Below the pieces are notes generated by a model. It was not told the DNA's origin. It saw nothing but the letters and a program-made list of their open reading frames with translations, and searched no databases. This document shows, in pieces, positions 10,143 to 20,654 of a stretch of DNA of 64,000 nt. Location: positions 1 to 64,000 of the IMG/VR virus record IMGVR_UViG_3300023174_000075; one strand, given 5' to 3'. The translations under genes were made by a program, and so were the position numbers. Each line of letters opens with the position of its first letter. The stretch's first letter is position 1. Origin of the DNA: a virus.

Positions 10143-10376
10143 TTATTTTTTCCAGCGCTTATCAGGACATGCCTCTTCGCCAGAAACGGGTGAAAATATT
10201 TTTTTATCTAATGGACATCCACATAATCCACACGTATGTGTATCAATATGTTTGTGATATTGTTTATAAGGACAAGTACCACATACCGATATCCTATATT
10301 CTGCTATTTCTTTTTGCTCAGGTGTAGGATTTGCTGCAGCTATCCATGCCTTAGCTATTTCTACTATTTTAAGCAT
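10143..10376 (-). CDS. Cys-rich putative Zn-binding protein
   Basis: R..VC..CP...CGLCGC.L..K...CP..RW. Confidence 0.75.
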   Translation of the reverse strand: MLKIVEIAKAWIAAANPTPEQKEIAEYRISVCGTCPYKQYHKHIDTHTCGLCGCPLDKKIFSPVSGEEACPDKRWKK

Positions 10377-10623
10377 TTACTTTTTTAGCTGGTTTTTTCT
10401 TAGGTTGAGGTTTTTTCTTTGATTTAGCATCCATTTTAGGTGCTTCAATAATAACTTTTGATTCTACCAAAGGTTCAATTACTACAGCTGTTTCTGGTGC
10501 TAATTCTTCTGGTATAAGTGTTTCACCTGGGGCTAAGAATGTGGTTGGTTTTGGTTTTGGATAGAATTTAGCGACTAATCCGCCTACTATCAATACCATG
10601 ATAAGTACAATAACGATTGACAT
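10369..10623 (-). CDS. Small membrane-anchored protein with basic tail (start revised from 10677 to 10623)
   Basis: N-terminal TM segment MSIVIVLIMVLIVGGLVA; ATATTTAT motif at 10645-10653 lies just upstream of this ATG. Confidence 0.6.
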   Translation of the reverse strand: MSIVIVLIMVLIVGGLVAKFYPKPKPTTFLAPGETLIPEELAPETAVVIEPLVESKVIIEAPKMDAKSKKKPQPKKKPAKKVNA

Positions 10624-10679
10624 AATTAATTTATTTTTGTTTGATATAAATATATACAAAAGATAGGAGCCAACCAAAT

Positions 10680-11015
10680 TTATTTTTCGTCTTCTTCAAT
10701 AGCATCTATACTATGGTTTTTATCTATAGCATCTAATAATGTATCTAATAAATAACCAGTCATAGTTAATGTATTTGTTCTTTTATTTTTTCCAATAACA
10801 CTGCTAATTGTTTCATCTTCGTTTCCAAACCTATGTCCTGCTTTTTTTATTAGTGTTAAATTAAATAATTGACCACATACTACGTTTCCAAGTTGGTCTA
10901 TTCCTCTAGCAATATTATACAGGTGTTTTTTTCTATTAGGATAAAACATCGACATTATAAATCCTATTGGAAATAATATTATTGATATTAATATAGCTAC
11001 TAGTAGTTCTATCAT
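10680..11015 (-). CDS. Conserved phage membrane protein
   Basis: N-terminal TM segment, DQLGNV...FGNEDETISSVIGKN...LD.ID.NH pattern. Confidence 0.65.
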   Translation of the reverse strand: MIELLVAILISIILFPIGFIMSMFYPNRKKHLYNIARGIDQLGNVVCGQLFNLTLIKKAGHRFGNEDETISSVIGKNKRTNTLTMTGYLLDTLLDAIDKNHSIDAIEEDEK

Positions 11016-11446
11016 AAATTATCAATAAAAGATTTTCCTTGAGATATAGCATTATCTTTTGCTATTGTGTTTAATTCTTTAGCATATATTATACCTCTAG
11101 CTATTAATTGCCAATATGCATTATCAGGTAAATTACCATCTATATCAGGACCTATTCCTGCTGCTTGTTCATCTGCTATCCCTAATACTATCTGTGGTAT
11201 TAATAAATCATCCATTTCCACATTCATTCTATTAGCTTGACCTTCAGGCAACACTGTTAATGTTTTAAACATATCTATCACTTCCACTACACTAGCATTT
11301 ACATCAAAAGAAAGATCTAAATCATTGTTTCCACTCAATGATGTTTTCAATCTATTGATTAATGAGAAGTATTGTTGCACTGAACTATTTCGTAAGTAGT
11401 GTATTATGTAATAATAATGTTTTGCTTTTAATCTAATTTGTACCAT
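11012..11446 (-). CDS. Hypothetical protein (likely start MVQIRLK at 11446)
   Basis: ORF track; the longer start overlaps the upstream gene. Confidence 0.6.
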   Translation of the reverse strand: MVQIRLKAKHYYYIIHYLRNSSVQQYFSLINRLKTSLSGNNDLDLSFDVNASVVEVIDMFKTLTVLPEGQANRMNVEMDDLLIPQIVLGIADEQAAGIGPDIDGNLPDNAYWQLIARGIIYAKELNTIAKDNAISQGKSFIDNL

Positions 11447-11459
11447 ATTTTTTATTTTA

Positions 11460-12599
11460 TTATTCAATATAAATTGTGCCTCCAAATACATTAGCTGTTG
11501 GGGCTACTGAATTAACAGATGTCACTTTCATTTCAATATAATCTCCCTCAGTAACACTAATTGATAAAGCATTATTATTAAAAGTTCTAAAATTAGAATT
11601 TGCTGTTGAGGTTGCTATTAAAGTATCAGTTGTATTATTTAATCTTATACTAGCACTAATTGAAGTTATTGTACCTGTTGTAGCTGAGTAGTGACTAATG
11701 TAGGCTTTTTTTATTGTACCTGTTTTTGGAATATACACTCTTGACTGATCAGCAGTTGTAATTATTGCTCTACCAAGATTTCCAAAATAATAAGTTGTTC
11801 CTGATACAAGGTTAGAAGCAACTGATGTTAATCCTAATGTATATCCTTTACTATTTAATTGTGTTTGTACAGCGGATGTAACACCGCTTAAATATCCTAT
11901 TTCAGTTGGTGTAGCTCCAACAACAGTAGAGGCAACTGATGATGTTTGTGCATATGAGCTACTTAAAACTGTACCTGCTATATTTGATGCTGTTACGTAA
12001 CTAGCAGTAGCAGCGTATGATGCACTTAAAGCAGGATTATTACTATTATGGACAGCACCTGATACATACGATGCTGTAGCAACAGTCATTGAACTTGTTT
12101 GACTATTTTGTACAAACGATGATGTTTGTGTGTTAGTTACAAACGAATTTGTAGCACTATTTAATACATAATTTGGAGCGAATGAGGTTGTTGCGGCATA
12201 TGATGCACTTACTGCTTGTAAAACATAAGAAGCTGTTGTTGCTGTTACTACATAAGAAGCGGTGTTGGATGTTTGTGCTAATGTAGCAAATGATGCTGTT
12301 CCAAGTAATGATCCTGTTATACTACCTGTTACTACTAAACTACCAGATATACTAACTGTCTTATTATTATCTATATTAAAAACAGTTATACTACCTGTTG
12401 ATACTGTAAATAGATTTGGTGAGAATGTGTCTGATATTTTAAATATTTCACTTGTGCTACTTGATACTGATAGTAATGTTCCTGTACCACCTTTAATTTG
12501 TAAAGGAATGCCAGATGAGGCAGATACTGTTAACGATCCACTTATAGTGGTATTATTTTGAGATATTAATCCATTCTTTGCTACAAATTCGTTTGCCAT
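11460..12599 (-). CDS. Fibre-like structural protein with TASY/SASY repeats
   Basis: MANEFVAKNGL start, ISGSL.VTGS repeats, many (T/S)AS(Y/F) units, beta-rich C-terminal tip. Confidence 0.65.
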   Translation of the reverse strand: MANEFVAKNGLISQNNTTISGSLTVSASSGIPLQIKGGTGTLLSVSSSTSEIFKISDTFSPNLFTVSTGSITVFNIDNNKTVSISGSLVVTGSITGSLLGTASFATLAQTSNTASYVVTATTASYVLQAVSASYAATTSFAPNYVLNSATNSFVTNTQTSSFVQNSQTSSMTVATASYVSGAVHNSNNPALSASYAATASYVTASNIAGTVLSSSYAQTSSVASTVVGATPTEIGYLSGVTSAVQTQLNSKGYTLGLTSVASNLVSGTTYYFGNLGRAIITTADQSRVYIPKTGTIKKAYISHYSATTGTITSISASIRLNNTTDTLIATSTANSNFRTFNNNALSISVTEGDYIEMKVTSVNSVAPTANVFGGTIYIE

Positions 12600-12612
12600 A
12601 ATATATTATAGT

Positions 12613-12909
12613 TTAATCACACACTCCTGTACTCGTTGCTGTATTACCGGTTAGTATGAAATAATCTTGTCCTGGGTTATTAGGATTAGATACCTGACTA
12701 TATGTTGTTGGGATTGTTAATTCTATGTTTGTGTATAGTATTGAACCTATACCAAATATTGGTGATGCAGTGTAAACAGTAACATCCGCTCCTAGAGAAC
12801 AAACATTACCATTGGGTGATACACTAAAGGCATATGATTGTTTAGCACTATCTACTGTAATACTAGTGCTTGCTGTAATAGTACCTTGATTTCCTATTTG
12901 TATTGCCAT
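12613..12909 (-). CDS. Hypothetical small beta-rich structural protein
   Basis: ORF with upstream ATATTTAT motif. Confidence 0.6.
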   Translation of the reverse strand: MAIQIGNQGTITASTSITVDSAKQSYAFSVSPNGNVCSLGADVTVYTASPIFGIGSILYTNIELTIPTTYSQVSNPNNPGQDYFILTGNTATSTGVCD

Positions 12910-12960
12910 GTTTAATTAGTTTTCACTATCCAACTAATAGTTCAATAATAAATATATTAA

Positions 12961-15390
12961 TTACATAAAAGTTGTTAATATTTTTACCTGCCATCCTGAT
13001 GGCGTAGTATTGCTTGTATTAATTTGGATTTGACCTGATACTACTGCTGATGTAAATACTATAGCTGATGTATTACCTATATCTACTGTTGAATTATCAT
13101 AATATGACACTGTTGTACCATTCCATGATGTTACAAATTCACCAGCTCTAGAGTTAGAACCACTATATGTTGTATATTTACTAAATGCTGATGTAAATGA
13201 ACCTGTATTTTTAGTAAATAGATTATTTATGCCTGGGTCTGTACTAGGAGATACAGCATAAAAATCAGTTAATGTAGCATCTAATGTTAGTGTACTTGCT
13301 ACTATAAAGTTATTACTGTAGGATGCAGTTGCTGCTGTATCTGCTGTACCAGCAAATGTAGATGAAGATGACCCAGTATAGCTGTTAAATGAAGATGTTG
13401 TTACAAAGCCACTTCCACCCGATCCTCCTGTTGAACTAATAGTAACAACTCCAATTCCATTAGTAGGAGATATTATTATACCTGAACCTGTTAATATTTG
13501 AGTTACACCAGCTGTGCCACCACCAATTGCTGAGGAAGCAGTATAATATATTTGACCTGAGGTTGAATCATATGTTAATACACTTGCTTGATTGGATGTT
13601 GTTAAGTTTCTTATAGCTAAACTACCACTAATTTCTAATGAACCTGTCATTTGATGACTGTTATTAGGATTTAATTGTAATTTTCTATTTGTATTAGTAT
13701 CAAATCCACCAGCAAAGAATTGTATTGGTTTGTTTGGAGTTGCATTACCAATATGTAGGTCACTACCAGTGGAATATAAATAGGCGTCATTAGGATTACC
13801 TATAATACCATTAAAGTTACTACCATTAATACCCATATCAATGTAGTTACCATTTTCATCACCATTATTAGCTGTTGCTACAACGTCTGATGATACTGAT
13901 GTACCGGCATTGGTATTATGTATATTAAGCTGTAGGTAGTTATTTAAATTACCTTTACCACTAATTACATTAAATGACGTAGGATGTGTTTGCTCAACAT
14001 ATAATGCTTCAGGATTAGCTATTGTATTAACAGCAGCATTAATAATAATACTTGTTGATCCTGATTGGTATATTGAACTGGTTGCTAGTGTAGTATCTGT
14101 TTTGAAAAACGGTATATATGTTGCTTTACCACCTAGTATATTTGATGCTGTTGAGGCAAATGAGGCTGATGTACTGTTTAAAGCATATGAGCTGCTTAAT
14201 GCATACGACGCACTTGTAACAGTTCCAACTATGTTAGATGATGTTACATAACTAGCAGTTAAAGCAGTTACTACGTACGATGCTGTTTTTGCATATGATG
14301 CACTTAGTACAGTTCCTACAATAGCAGATGATGTTATATAAGAAGCAGTCAAGGCTATCACTACATAACTAGCAGTTGTAGCATAGGATGCTGTACCTTG
14401 TAATGAACCAGTAAAAGATCCTGTGAATGATCCAGTATTGTATGATGAGGTAAAGGTATTAAATGAACTAGTTGTAACAAACGATGATGTTTGGCTGTTC
14501 TGTACAAATGAACTTGTTTGACTGTTTTGTATAAATGAACTAGTAACACTATTTAAAACATAGTTTGGTGCTAATGATGCTGTTGAGGAATATGACGCAG
14601 TACCATAAAATCGAGATGTTGTTGATCCAGTATAGCTATTAAATGAACTAGTAGTAACAAATCCACTTGTATCTACAGAACCACTACCTCCTCCACCTCC
14701 AAATGCTGATGATGCTGTATAATATAGTTGGCCTGTTACTGTATCAATTGTTACTACGTTTGATTGTGGAGTATCAGTTATTGTATTTAATAATACAGAT
14801 CCAGTTATTGTTATTGTTTGTGCAACATCATCAATAACTATTTGAGTATTATTTCCATTAAAACCACCTATTTTATAAATATCATTAATAAAATCTAAAC
14901 TTAAACCATTACTTGTTGAAGGGGTATCAAATGTTTGTATTGTTTGAAGACCTTGATTAATACCTAAATATGTATAACCACCCGTAAATGCACCTATATT
15001 AGTAAAACCTCCACCTACTTGTAAACCATTTGCACCATTTGAATCTGTTGTACTTATTAGTTGGTTAGCATCATTTACTATGATTTTGAATTGGTTATTT
15101 GAATTATTATAATCTCCTAAAGTAAAAATAGAATTATTAAAATCTAATTTTAAACCCTTATCAATACTAGCTGATGTTGTTTTTAATATACTACTAGATT
15201 GATTTAAATAACTATCCTGGAATGTACCTGCATCATTAAATGGGAGATAATTAGGGGTAGGGTTTACACTACCTGGGGCAAGAGTAATTGGATTACCTAA
15301 ACCATCAGCAAAGCTCGATCCACTAACTTGTACAAGTCGTTGATAGGTTTGATCAATATAGGACCCTAGTAATGAAGGAATTGTTGGCAT
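12961..15390 (-). CDS. Long fibre-like structural protein with TASY/SSF repeats
   Basis: Ser/Thr-rich; repeated TASY, SSFVQNSQT, GSFTGS; duplicated GQ.YYTASSA.GGG and GFVTTSSFNSYTGS modules. Confidence 0.65.
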   Translation of the reverse strand: MPTIPSLLGSYIDQTYQRLVQVSGSSFADGLGNPITLAPGSVNPTPNYLPFNDAGTFQDSYLNQSSSILKTTSASIDKGLKLDFNNSIFTLGDYNNSNNQFKIIVNDANQLISTTDSNGANGLQVGGGFTNIGAFTGGYTYLGINQGLQTIQTFDTPSTSNGLSLDFINDIYKIGGFNGNNTQIVIDDVAQTITITGSVLLNTITDTPQSNVVTIDTVTGQLYYTASSAFGGGGGSGSVDTSGFVTTSSFNSYTGSTTSRFYGTASYSSTASLAPNYVLNSVTSSFIQNSQTSSFVQNSQTSSFVTTSSFNTFTSSYNTGSFTGSFTGSLQGTASYATTASYVVIALTASYITSSAIVGTVLSASYAKTASYVVTALTASYVTSSNIVGTVTSASYALSSSYALNSTSASFASTASNILGGKATYIPFFKTDTTLATSSIYQSGSTSIIINAAVNTIANPEALYVEQTHPTSFNVISGKGNLNNYLQLNIHNTNAGTSVSSDVVATANNGDENGNYIDMGINGSNFNGIIGNPNDAYLYSTGSDLHIGNATPNKPIQFFAGGFDTNTNRKLQLNPNNSHQMTGSLEISGSLAIRNLTTSNQASVLTYDSTSGQIYYTASSAIGGGTAGVTQILTGSGIIISPTNGIGVVTISSTGGSGGSGFVTTSSFNSYTGSSSSTFAGTADTAATASYSNNFIVASTLTLDATLTDFYAVSPSTDPGINNLFTKNTGSFTSAFSKYTTYSGSNSRAGEFVTSWNGTTVSYYDNSTVDIGNTSAIVFTSAVVSGQIQINTSNTTPSGWQVKILTTFM

Positions 15391-15403
15391 AATTTGTCAT
15401 AAC

Positions 15404-16012
15404 TTATTTTAACATTTGCTTAATAACCGATACTTTATCTAAACCGTTTGCTTCACAAATACTGTTAAAGAAGTTTTTATGTTGGTGATTTTTTATAGTA
15501 TTATGAAAGCCTTTTGCTGTACCATCAAAATTTGTTTTAAAAGCAAAATAACTTACTATTTCGTTTATTGGATCTTTTGATTTCTTTACAATAGGTTTTG
15601 GTTTAACTTCTACTTTTGGTTGTATTTTAGCTTCAACCTTAGGTTGAGGAGTAGGAGCGGCTTCTTGCACCTTAACTTCCATCATTGGTTTTTTAGGTGC
15701 TTCTGTTTGTTGTTTTACCTCTACTGTAATACTTTTTTCAGCTTCTAATACATAATTACTTTCGTAAGGTACGAACAAAGTATCATCAGCCAAAACTTCT
15801 AATCGTATTTTTCCGCTTTCCAATAAATTAGCAAACTTTTTTAGTTTACCCATTGGAATTGTACATTTATTACCATCAATTTCACCTGTAAATGAGTATT
15901 CAGCACCATCTGCCTCTAGAAATAAACGTGCTTTAGCATTATTAATACTAGCACCTTCTAATTTAATTTCGCACTGAAATTCGTTATTCTTATCCTTTAA
16001 TAATTTGTACAT
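15404..16012 (-). CDS. Hypothetical protein
   Basis: 202-aa ORF: beta-rich N-domain, Pro/Lys linker. Confidence 0.7.
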   Translation of the reverse strand: MYKLLKDKNNEFQCEIKLEGASINNAKARLFLEADGAEYSFTGEIDGNKCTIPMGKLKKFANLLESGKIRLEVLADDTLFVPYESNYVLEAEKSITVEVKQQTEAPKKPMMEVKVQEAAPTPQPKVEAKIQPKVEVKPKPIVKKSKDPINEIVSYFAFKTNFDGTAKGFHNTIKNHQHKNFFNSICEANGLDKVSVIKQMLK

Positions 16013-16382
16013 CGCTTAGTGATATTTGTGTTTTCAATTGTTCTGATAGTTTATTTTGAATATCAGATACGATCTGTGGTGCGATAATATCTTTCACTTC
16101 TTTTGTTTGTTCAGTGTGTACATCGCCCATAATAAATATCAACTTAATTTTCTTCCGTGCTACTTTATTTTTTCCTCCAATAACACCATCCTGTAATGGA
16201 GCACCACCTGGTGTTACTATAACTTCAATAACATTTAATACATGGTTCCATATAACTCTACCACCTGCCTCTACGGTTATACCGTAGGTATCAAAAAGGT
16301 ATTGTGTATATAAATCACCTAGTTTAAAGTCATTCCATAAATTATGGGCTTGACCCCATTTTATTTGTGTAGCTTGTAGCAT
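15990..16382 (-). CDS. Hypothetical protein
   Basis: 130-aa ORF in operon. Confidence 0.65.
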   Translation of the reverse strand: MLQATQIKWGQAHNLWNDFKLGDLYTQYLFDTYGITVEAGGRVIWNHVLNVIEVIVTPGGAPLQDGVIGGKNKVARKKIKLIFIMGDVHTEQTKEVKDIIAPQIVSDIQNKLSEQLKTQISLSDVQIIKG

Positions 16383-16418
16383 CGTGTAATGTATGGAAAA
16401 TTGTTAATATAACCAAAT

Positions 16419-17279
16419 TTATAAACTACCTGTTGTTTCTAATCCAAATATTACTTGTGATTTGGTATAGAATTTATTGCGAATACCTGCTAAGTCTTTA
16501 CTTACCATTTGTGGAATTAAATAACCACTCATTTTAATACTACAAGTAGATTTAGCTGCTCTATCATTACCATTCTCTACAGCTACTGTTGTAGCAAATG
16601 ACTCTATACTTGCTCTAAATTTCCATCTATTTGGATTGCCCCAGTATGAATCAGAAGCAAATTCAATAGCTTCTATTAATTTATTATTATGTTCTACAAA
16701 GTTAGTAAATACAATACAATCATATGTTACATCAACATAATCAGGTACTGTTGTAGCATAATATTGTTGTGATGGGATTCTATTATTGATTACATCAAAT
16801 TGATCGTATACATTTCTTCTATTATAGTGTGTACCTACAACTTGATATAAAGCAGCAAAGTTACCATCAATTTTATTACCCATTGTCCTATTCTTAGTGA
16901 TATTATTGCGTTTAAGGACGATTAAAGGTACAGTAATTTGGTTGTTATTATCTCTGTAAAAACCATCTTGCTGGATTGATTTCCACCGTTCAGGCGATGA
17001 GAATATTGTTTTAACAGTCATTTGGTTATTATCCTGAACAACATTTGGTTTTAGGATATCATTAAAATAAAATAAAATAGCTTCATCAATGTCTTGTAAA
17101 CCAATACTAACATCCTGTACAGTATCATTCCTCATGGAATAATCTGTACCACGATCATCATGCTTACTAAAGATGGTTTCGCTAATAGGCAAACCATCTT
17201 GGCTAGCAAGATATGGGTTAAATTGCTCCCTTGTTATTTCAGAAGCATTTTTTGGTGTTGGTTTAATGTTACGAGCCAT
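16419..17279 (-). CDS. Tail terminator / sheath stabiliser (T4 gp15-like)
   Basis: SPERW, PLI..KR, P.YVDVTY...N.LIE pattern; follows neck genes. Confidence 0.6.
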   Translation of the reverse strand: MARNIKPTPKNASEITREQFNPYLASQDGLPISETIFSKHDDRGTDYSMRNDTVQDVSIGLQDIDEAILFYFNDILKPNVVQDNNQMTVKTIFSSPERWKSIQQDGFYRDNNNQITVPLIVLKRNNITKNRTMGNKIDGNFAALYQVVGTHYNRRNVYDQFDVINNRIPSQQYYATTVPDYVDVTYDCIVFTNFVEHNNKLIEAIEFASDSYWGNPNRWKFRASIESFATTVAVENGNDRAAKSTCSIKMSGYLIPQMVSKDLAGIRNKFYTKSQVIFGLETTGSL

Positions 17280-17608
17280 TATTTAGATTGTCTTTGTAAT
17301 TCTATCATTTTATCTAATGCAAATATCATTTGACTTAATTTAGTCATATTTGTATTAATTTCTTTAGCTACACTAGCAATATCAGGATTAGATGAAAATT
17401 TAAATGGTTGAAATTCTTTACGCAATTTGATAATATCTTTACGAATTTGCTCAAACTTAGGTAAATAAGTTACTGTAGTAATACTAGCTCCTGTTTCAGG
17501 ATCAATAGTTGCTTTACCTAATTTGAAACCTTGTTTCATTAACTCATTATCTGGTGAGTCAGGTACATCTGTATAAATATCTTCTAGTAATGTTTGTAAT
17601 TTTATCAT
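17279..17608 (-). CDS. Putative capsid-internal protein with MIKL leader
   Basis: Starts MIKLQTLLED. Confidence 0.65.
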   Translation of the reverse strand: MIKLQTLLEDIYTDVPDSPDNELMKQGFKLGKATIDPETGASITTVTYLPKFEQIRKDIIKLRKEFQPFKFSSNPDIASVAKEINTNMTKLSQMIFALDKMIELQRQSK

Positions 17609-17613
17609 CTGTA

Positions 17614-17952
17614 TTAATATTTTCCTATGTTTTGTGCTGTTTTGTATCTTGGAATAAATTGTAATAATCCTGGTATCCTAGTTGTTACTAGAGCGTCTAC
17701 TTTAATTTTATCAATGTCTGTTTTAGAGTCTGATGTTACAATATATTTCATGTGTAATAAAGAATATTCAAATCTATCTGTTGCTTTGCTATCTAAAAAT
17801 TCACTTTGTTCTACAGTTACAACCACAACACCCGTAAGTGCTCTAATTTGATTATATACTTCTACTTTATTAATATCAGTAGATGTTTTAATTAAAACGT
17901 CAATTTTATCTAAGCTAATTGCTTCTAATAATATTTTAGATAATTTTATCAT
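17614..17952 (-). CDS. Putative capsid-internal protein with MIKL leader
   Basis: Starts MIKLSKILLEA. Confidence 0.65.
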   Translation of the reverse strand: MIKLSKILLEAISLDKIDVLIKTSTDINKVEVYNQIRALTGVVVVTVEQSEFLDSKATDRFEYSLLHMKYIVTSDSKTDIDKIKVDALVTTRIPGLLQFIPRYKTAQNIGKY

Positions 17953-18581
17953 TGATAATATTCTATTAAGTTAAGTTTAGTTGTTCTAGTTAGATTAGCT
18001 GATAATACATATTGTATAACTGATGTTGCTGTTGCACCAATAGATGCTCCAGGTAATGTAAGTAGATTTTGATTTATGCTATTTACTTCATAATGTCTTT
18101 CTTGATCTACTATTATATCTCCTACCTCAGGTAAAACATTAAATAATATAAATGTATCTTTATAAACAGTTACTGCTAAAGAGTGAGCTACATCAGTACC
18201 AAATTCATCATCAGGATATGAAAAATCATTTCTTACAATAGTACAAGGTAAATTAAATGGTTGATAATACCATTTTTCTAATGATTCCCCATATATATTT
18301 GTTTTAGTAAGCTCAAGATTAATTTTAAAATATCCAATCTTCATATTACTAAAATCTGCTGGAGGATATATAGTTGGTCCTGCAGGAGGTAATCCTCCTC
18401 CTGATGGTGGTGCAGGTGGTGGTGGTAATGGTGGTGGAGGAGGAGGAACTGATGGGCTTCCTCCAGGTGTTGGTGTTGGTGATGGTGGTGGTGGTAGTGG
18501 TGCCGGTGCCGGTGGTGGTATTGGTGGTGGCACTGGTACTACTGTTGTTGGTGGTAATTTTATAATTCCTCCTGATCCCAT
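17949..18581 (-). CDS. Head-closure / neck protein (T4 gp14-like) with polyproline N-terminus
   Basis: NIYGES..K.Y..P, FG.D, PEVGDII...YEV; first ~65 aa mostly Pro. Confidence 0.6.
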   Translation of the reverse strand: MGSGGIIKLPPTTVVPVPPPIPPPAPAPLPPPPSPTPTPGGSPSVPPPPPPLPPPPAPPSGGGLPPAGPTIYPPADFSNMKIGYFKINLELTKTNIYGESLEKWYYQPFNLPCTIVRNDFSYPDDEFGTDVAHSLAVTVYKDTFILFNVLPEVGDIIVDQERHYEVNSINQNLLTLPGASIGATATSVIQYVLSANLTRTTKLNLIEYYQ

Positions 18582-18582
18582 A

Positions 18583-20610
18583 TTACATTATATAAATTGT
18601 TGCTGGAATATTAGTTAATGTATCACGTGTAAATCCTGCTTCTAATTGTTTACGTTCTAATTGGCCTTTGCGTGATACTTCATTTAACATTTCCTTCAGT
18701 TCGTTAATTAATGATTCTTTTTCTGTTCTAGCATCTTGTATCATTTCGTTACCTTGAAGTGGACCTGATCCTTGTATTTGTAAATTAGCGTATTGGATAC
18801 GGATATGTGCTTCAATTTCTCTACATATAGCTAATGTATATTTAAAAATCCATGTTCTACCAACTGTATTGATGTTTGAATATATAGGATTTCTATATGG
18901 TACATTCATTATATCTGTTACTACATTTGGTCTTGTATCTCTTACTACTTGGCTCTTTTGACTTAAAGTAACATATTCAAATCGTAATCTATGCTCTGCT
19001 CCATCCATTCTATCTCCTGGTATAGGGAATATTCTTAATTGATTATTTACTAAGTCAAATGAGAATGCTGCTTTTCTAATTTGATCATTTAATTCGATTG
19101 CTTGAAGCTTTAGTGCATCAAATGATATAGGCATTAACATAAAATTAATACCAGGAGAGAATTGACCAAACCCAAATGATTCAAGTAAGGATTGAATACC
19201 TGTACCTGTACCAGCATATGGATCAAAATAACGAGCTATAGCTGGGGGTTCTTCAAAAAATACTCTTCTAATTTCAATTGTATCTCCAGGACTTAATGAA
19301 GCAGATTCAGCTGCCCAAGCATTTAAATCATAGTCTTGTACTCCATTTTGTAATCGTAATGTACCCTTTTTAACATCATAATTTCCACCTACACTTGCTT
19401 CAGCTGCATAATCACTTGCTATACGAGAAGTAATAGTAGTTAGATTATTACTTAATAATTTACCATTTAATGAAGGATTTAAATTTGATTGCATGTAAAC
19501 CGTTGGTAATGGTTGTTGTACAGATGCTGATTGAAAAACTTGAGAACCTCCTGCTATTAAATTAGTAGTTACATAAAAATATATATGAGAAACACCATCT
19601 GCTACTGATGGAGTAGAACCAGATATTACATTTGAAAATATAGGTGTAGTATTTACCTTAAAATTACTAATATTATAATTCGATAAAGATGAGGTAAATG
19701 CTACTGTAGTAGATGAATTTGAAGCAGTTACAAACGTACCAAATGTACCTAAAGATATACTTGATATTTTGGATGCTATATTAGCTGTTGTATCTGCTGC
19801 TGTACTACCCGTAATAACATAATATGTTAATGGAGTATCTACTTGTGTAGTTGAAGAAGTAACTTTAAATTGAACAGCAACTGTATTACTACCTGTTACT
19901 GAGAAGGTATTACCGTCTGTTATATAGCCACTAAAATTATATGATCCACTATTTATATTATAATAAGGTGTATAAACAGTAGCATTACCCGTTTTATTAA
20001 ACTGATTATTAACAAACTGAGATAAATTTAATGTTGTTCCGTAAAGATAGGAATAATAGTTATCAGCTAAATTAAATGATTTAATGAAATTAAAATCAGG
20101 AGCAATATAATCAGCAATTGAGGATGATATAGCCCATATTTCACTATCAACTACTGATTGTGAATATGCTTGATCATATCCAATTTCAGCCCATGTTGCT
20201 GGTCTAGCTGCTGACCAGTTTATAGGTGAGTTTACATCATCACTATTAACATAGGTAATAGTATTATTAAAGAAGGGTAATGTATCTGATCCTTCAATGT
20301 TAATGTAGTTATCTCTAATTTTGTATTGATAAACTAAATTACCATAGGTAGTTACTGCTTCTTCAAATCCAGCATATACTGTTAAATCAGTAATACTAAG
20401 ATTACCAGGACTCTTTGTAAGAACATTACCTACATAAGTAGGACCCGTTATACCTAAACGTTGAGCTACAAATTTAGCAACGTTTAATGCATCTGATGTA
20501 AATTCGGGATCATTATCGTAATATCCAAATGGAGTATTACCTTTAGGTTGATTAAGATATCTTGGATCACCTAGATATGAATCATATAGGTCTCTTAAAT
20601 TTATTGCCAT
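18583..20610 (-). CDS. Neck / head-tail adaptor (T4 gp13-like), enlarged
   Basis: TPFGYYD.D..F, LRIFPIP, WI.KYTLA.C.E, G.....A..EK..L..EL; Ser/Thr-rich central insertion. Confidence 0.6.
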   Translation of the reverse strand: MAINLRDLYDSYLGDPRYLNQPKGNTPFGYYDNDPEFTSDALNVAKFVAQRLGITGPTYVGNVLTKSPGNLSITDLTVYAGFEEAVTTYGNLVYQYKIRDNYINIEGSDTLPFFNNTITYVNSDDVNSPINWSAARPATWAEIGYDQAYSQSVVDSEIWAISSSIADYIAPDFNFIKSFNLADNYYSYLYGTTLNLSQFVNNQFNKTGNATVYTPYYNINSGSYNFSGYITDGNTFSVTGSNTVAVQFKVTSSTTQVDTPLTYYVITGSTAADTTANIASKISSISLGTFGTFVTASNSSTTVAFTSSLSNYNISNFKVNTTPIFSNVISGSTPSVADGVSHIYFYVTTNLIAGGSQVFQSASVQQPLPTVYMQSNLNPSLNGKLLSNNLTTITSRIASDYAAEASVGGNYDVKKGTLRLQNGVQDYDLNAWAAESASLSPGDTIEIRRVFFEEPPAIARYFDPYAGTGTGIQSLLESFGFGQFSPGINFMLMPISFDALKLQAIELNDQIRKAAFSFDLVNNQLRIFPIPGDRMDGAEHRLRFEYVTLSQKSQVVRDTRPNVVTDIMNVPYRNPIYSNINTVGRTWIFKYTLAICREIEAHIRIQYANLQIQGSGPLQGNEMIQDARTEKESLINELKEMLNEVSRKGQLERKQLEAGFTRDTLTNIPATIYIM

Positions 20611-20654
20611 TATTAACTAGTATTTAACACGTATAAATATACTAAAGTTGCATA

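Noticed and set aside
17572-17580. Late-promoter motif copy inside the 17279..17608 gene
   Set aside because: About 290 nt from the next start; chance occurrence is expected in AT-rich DNA
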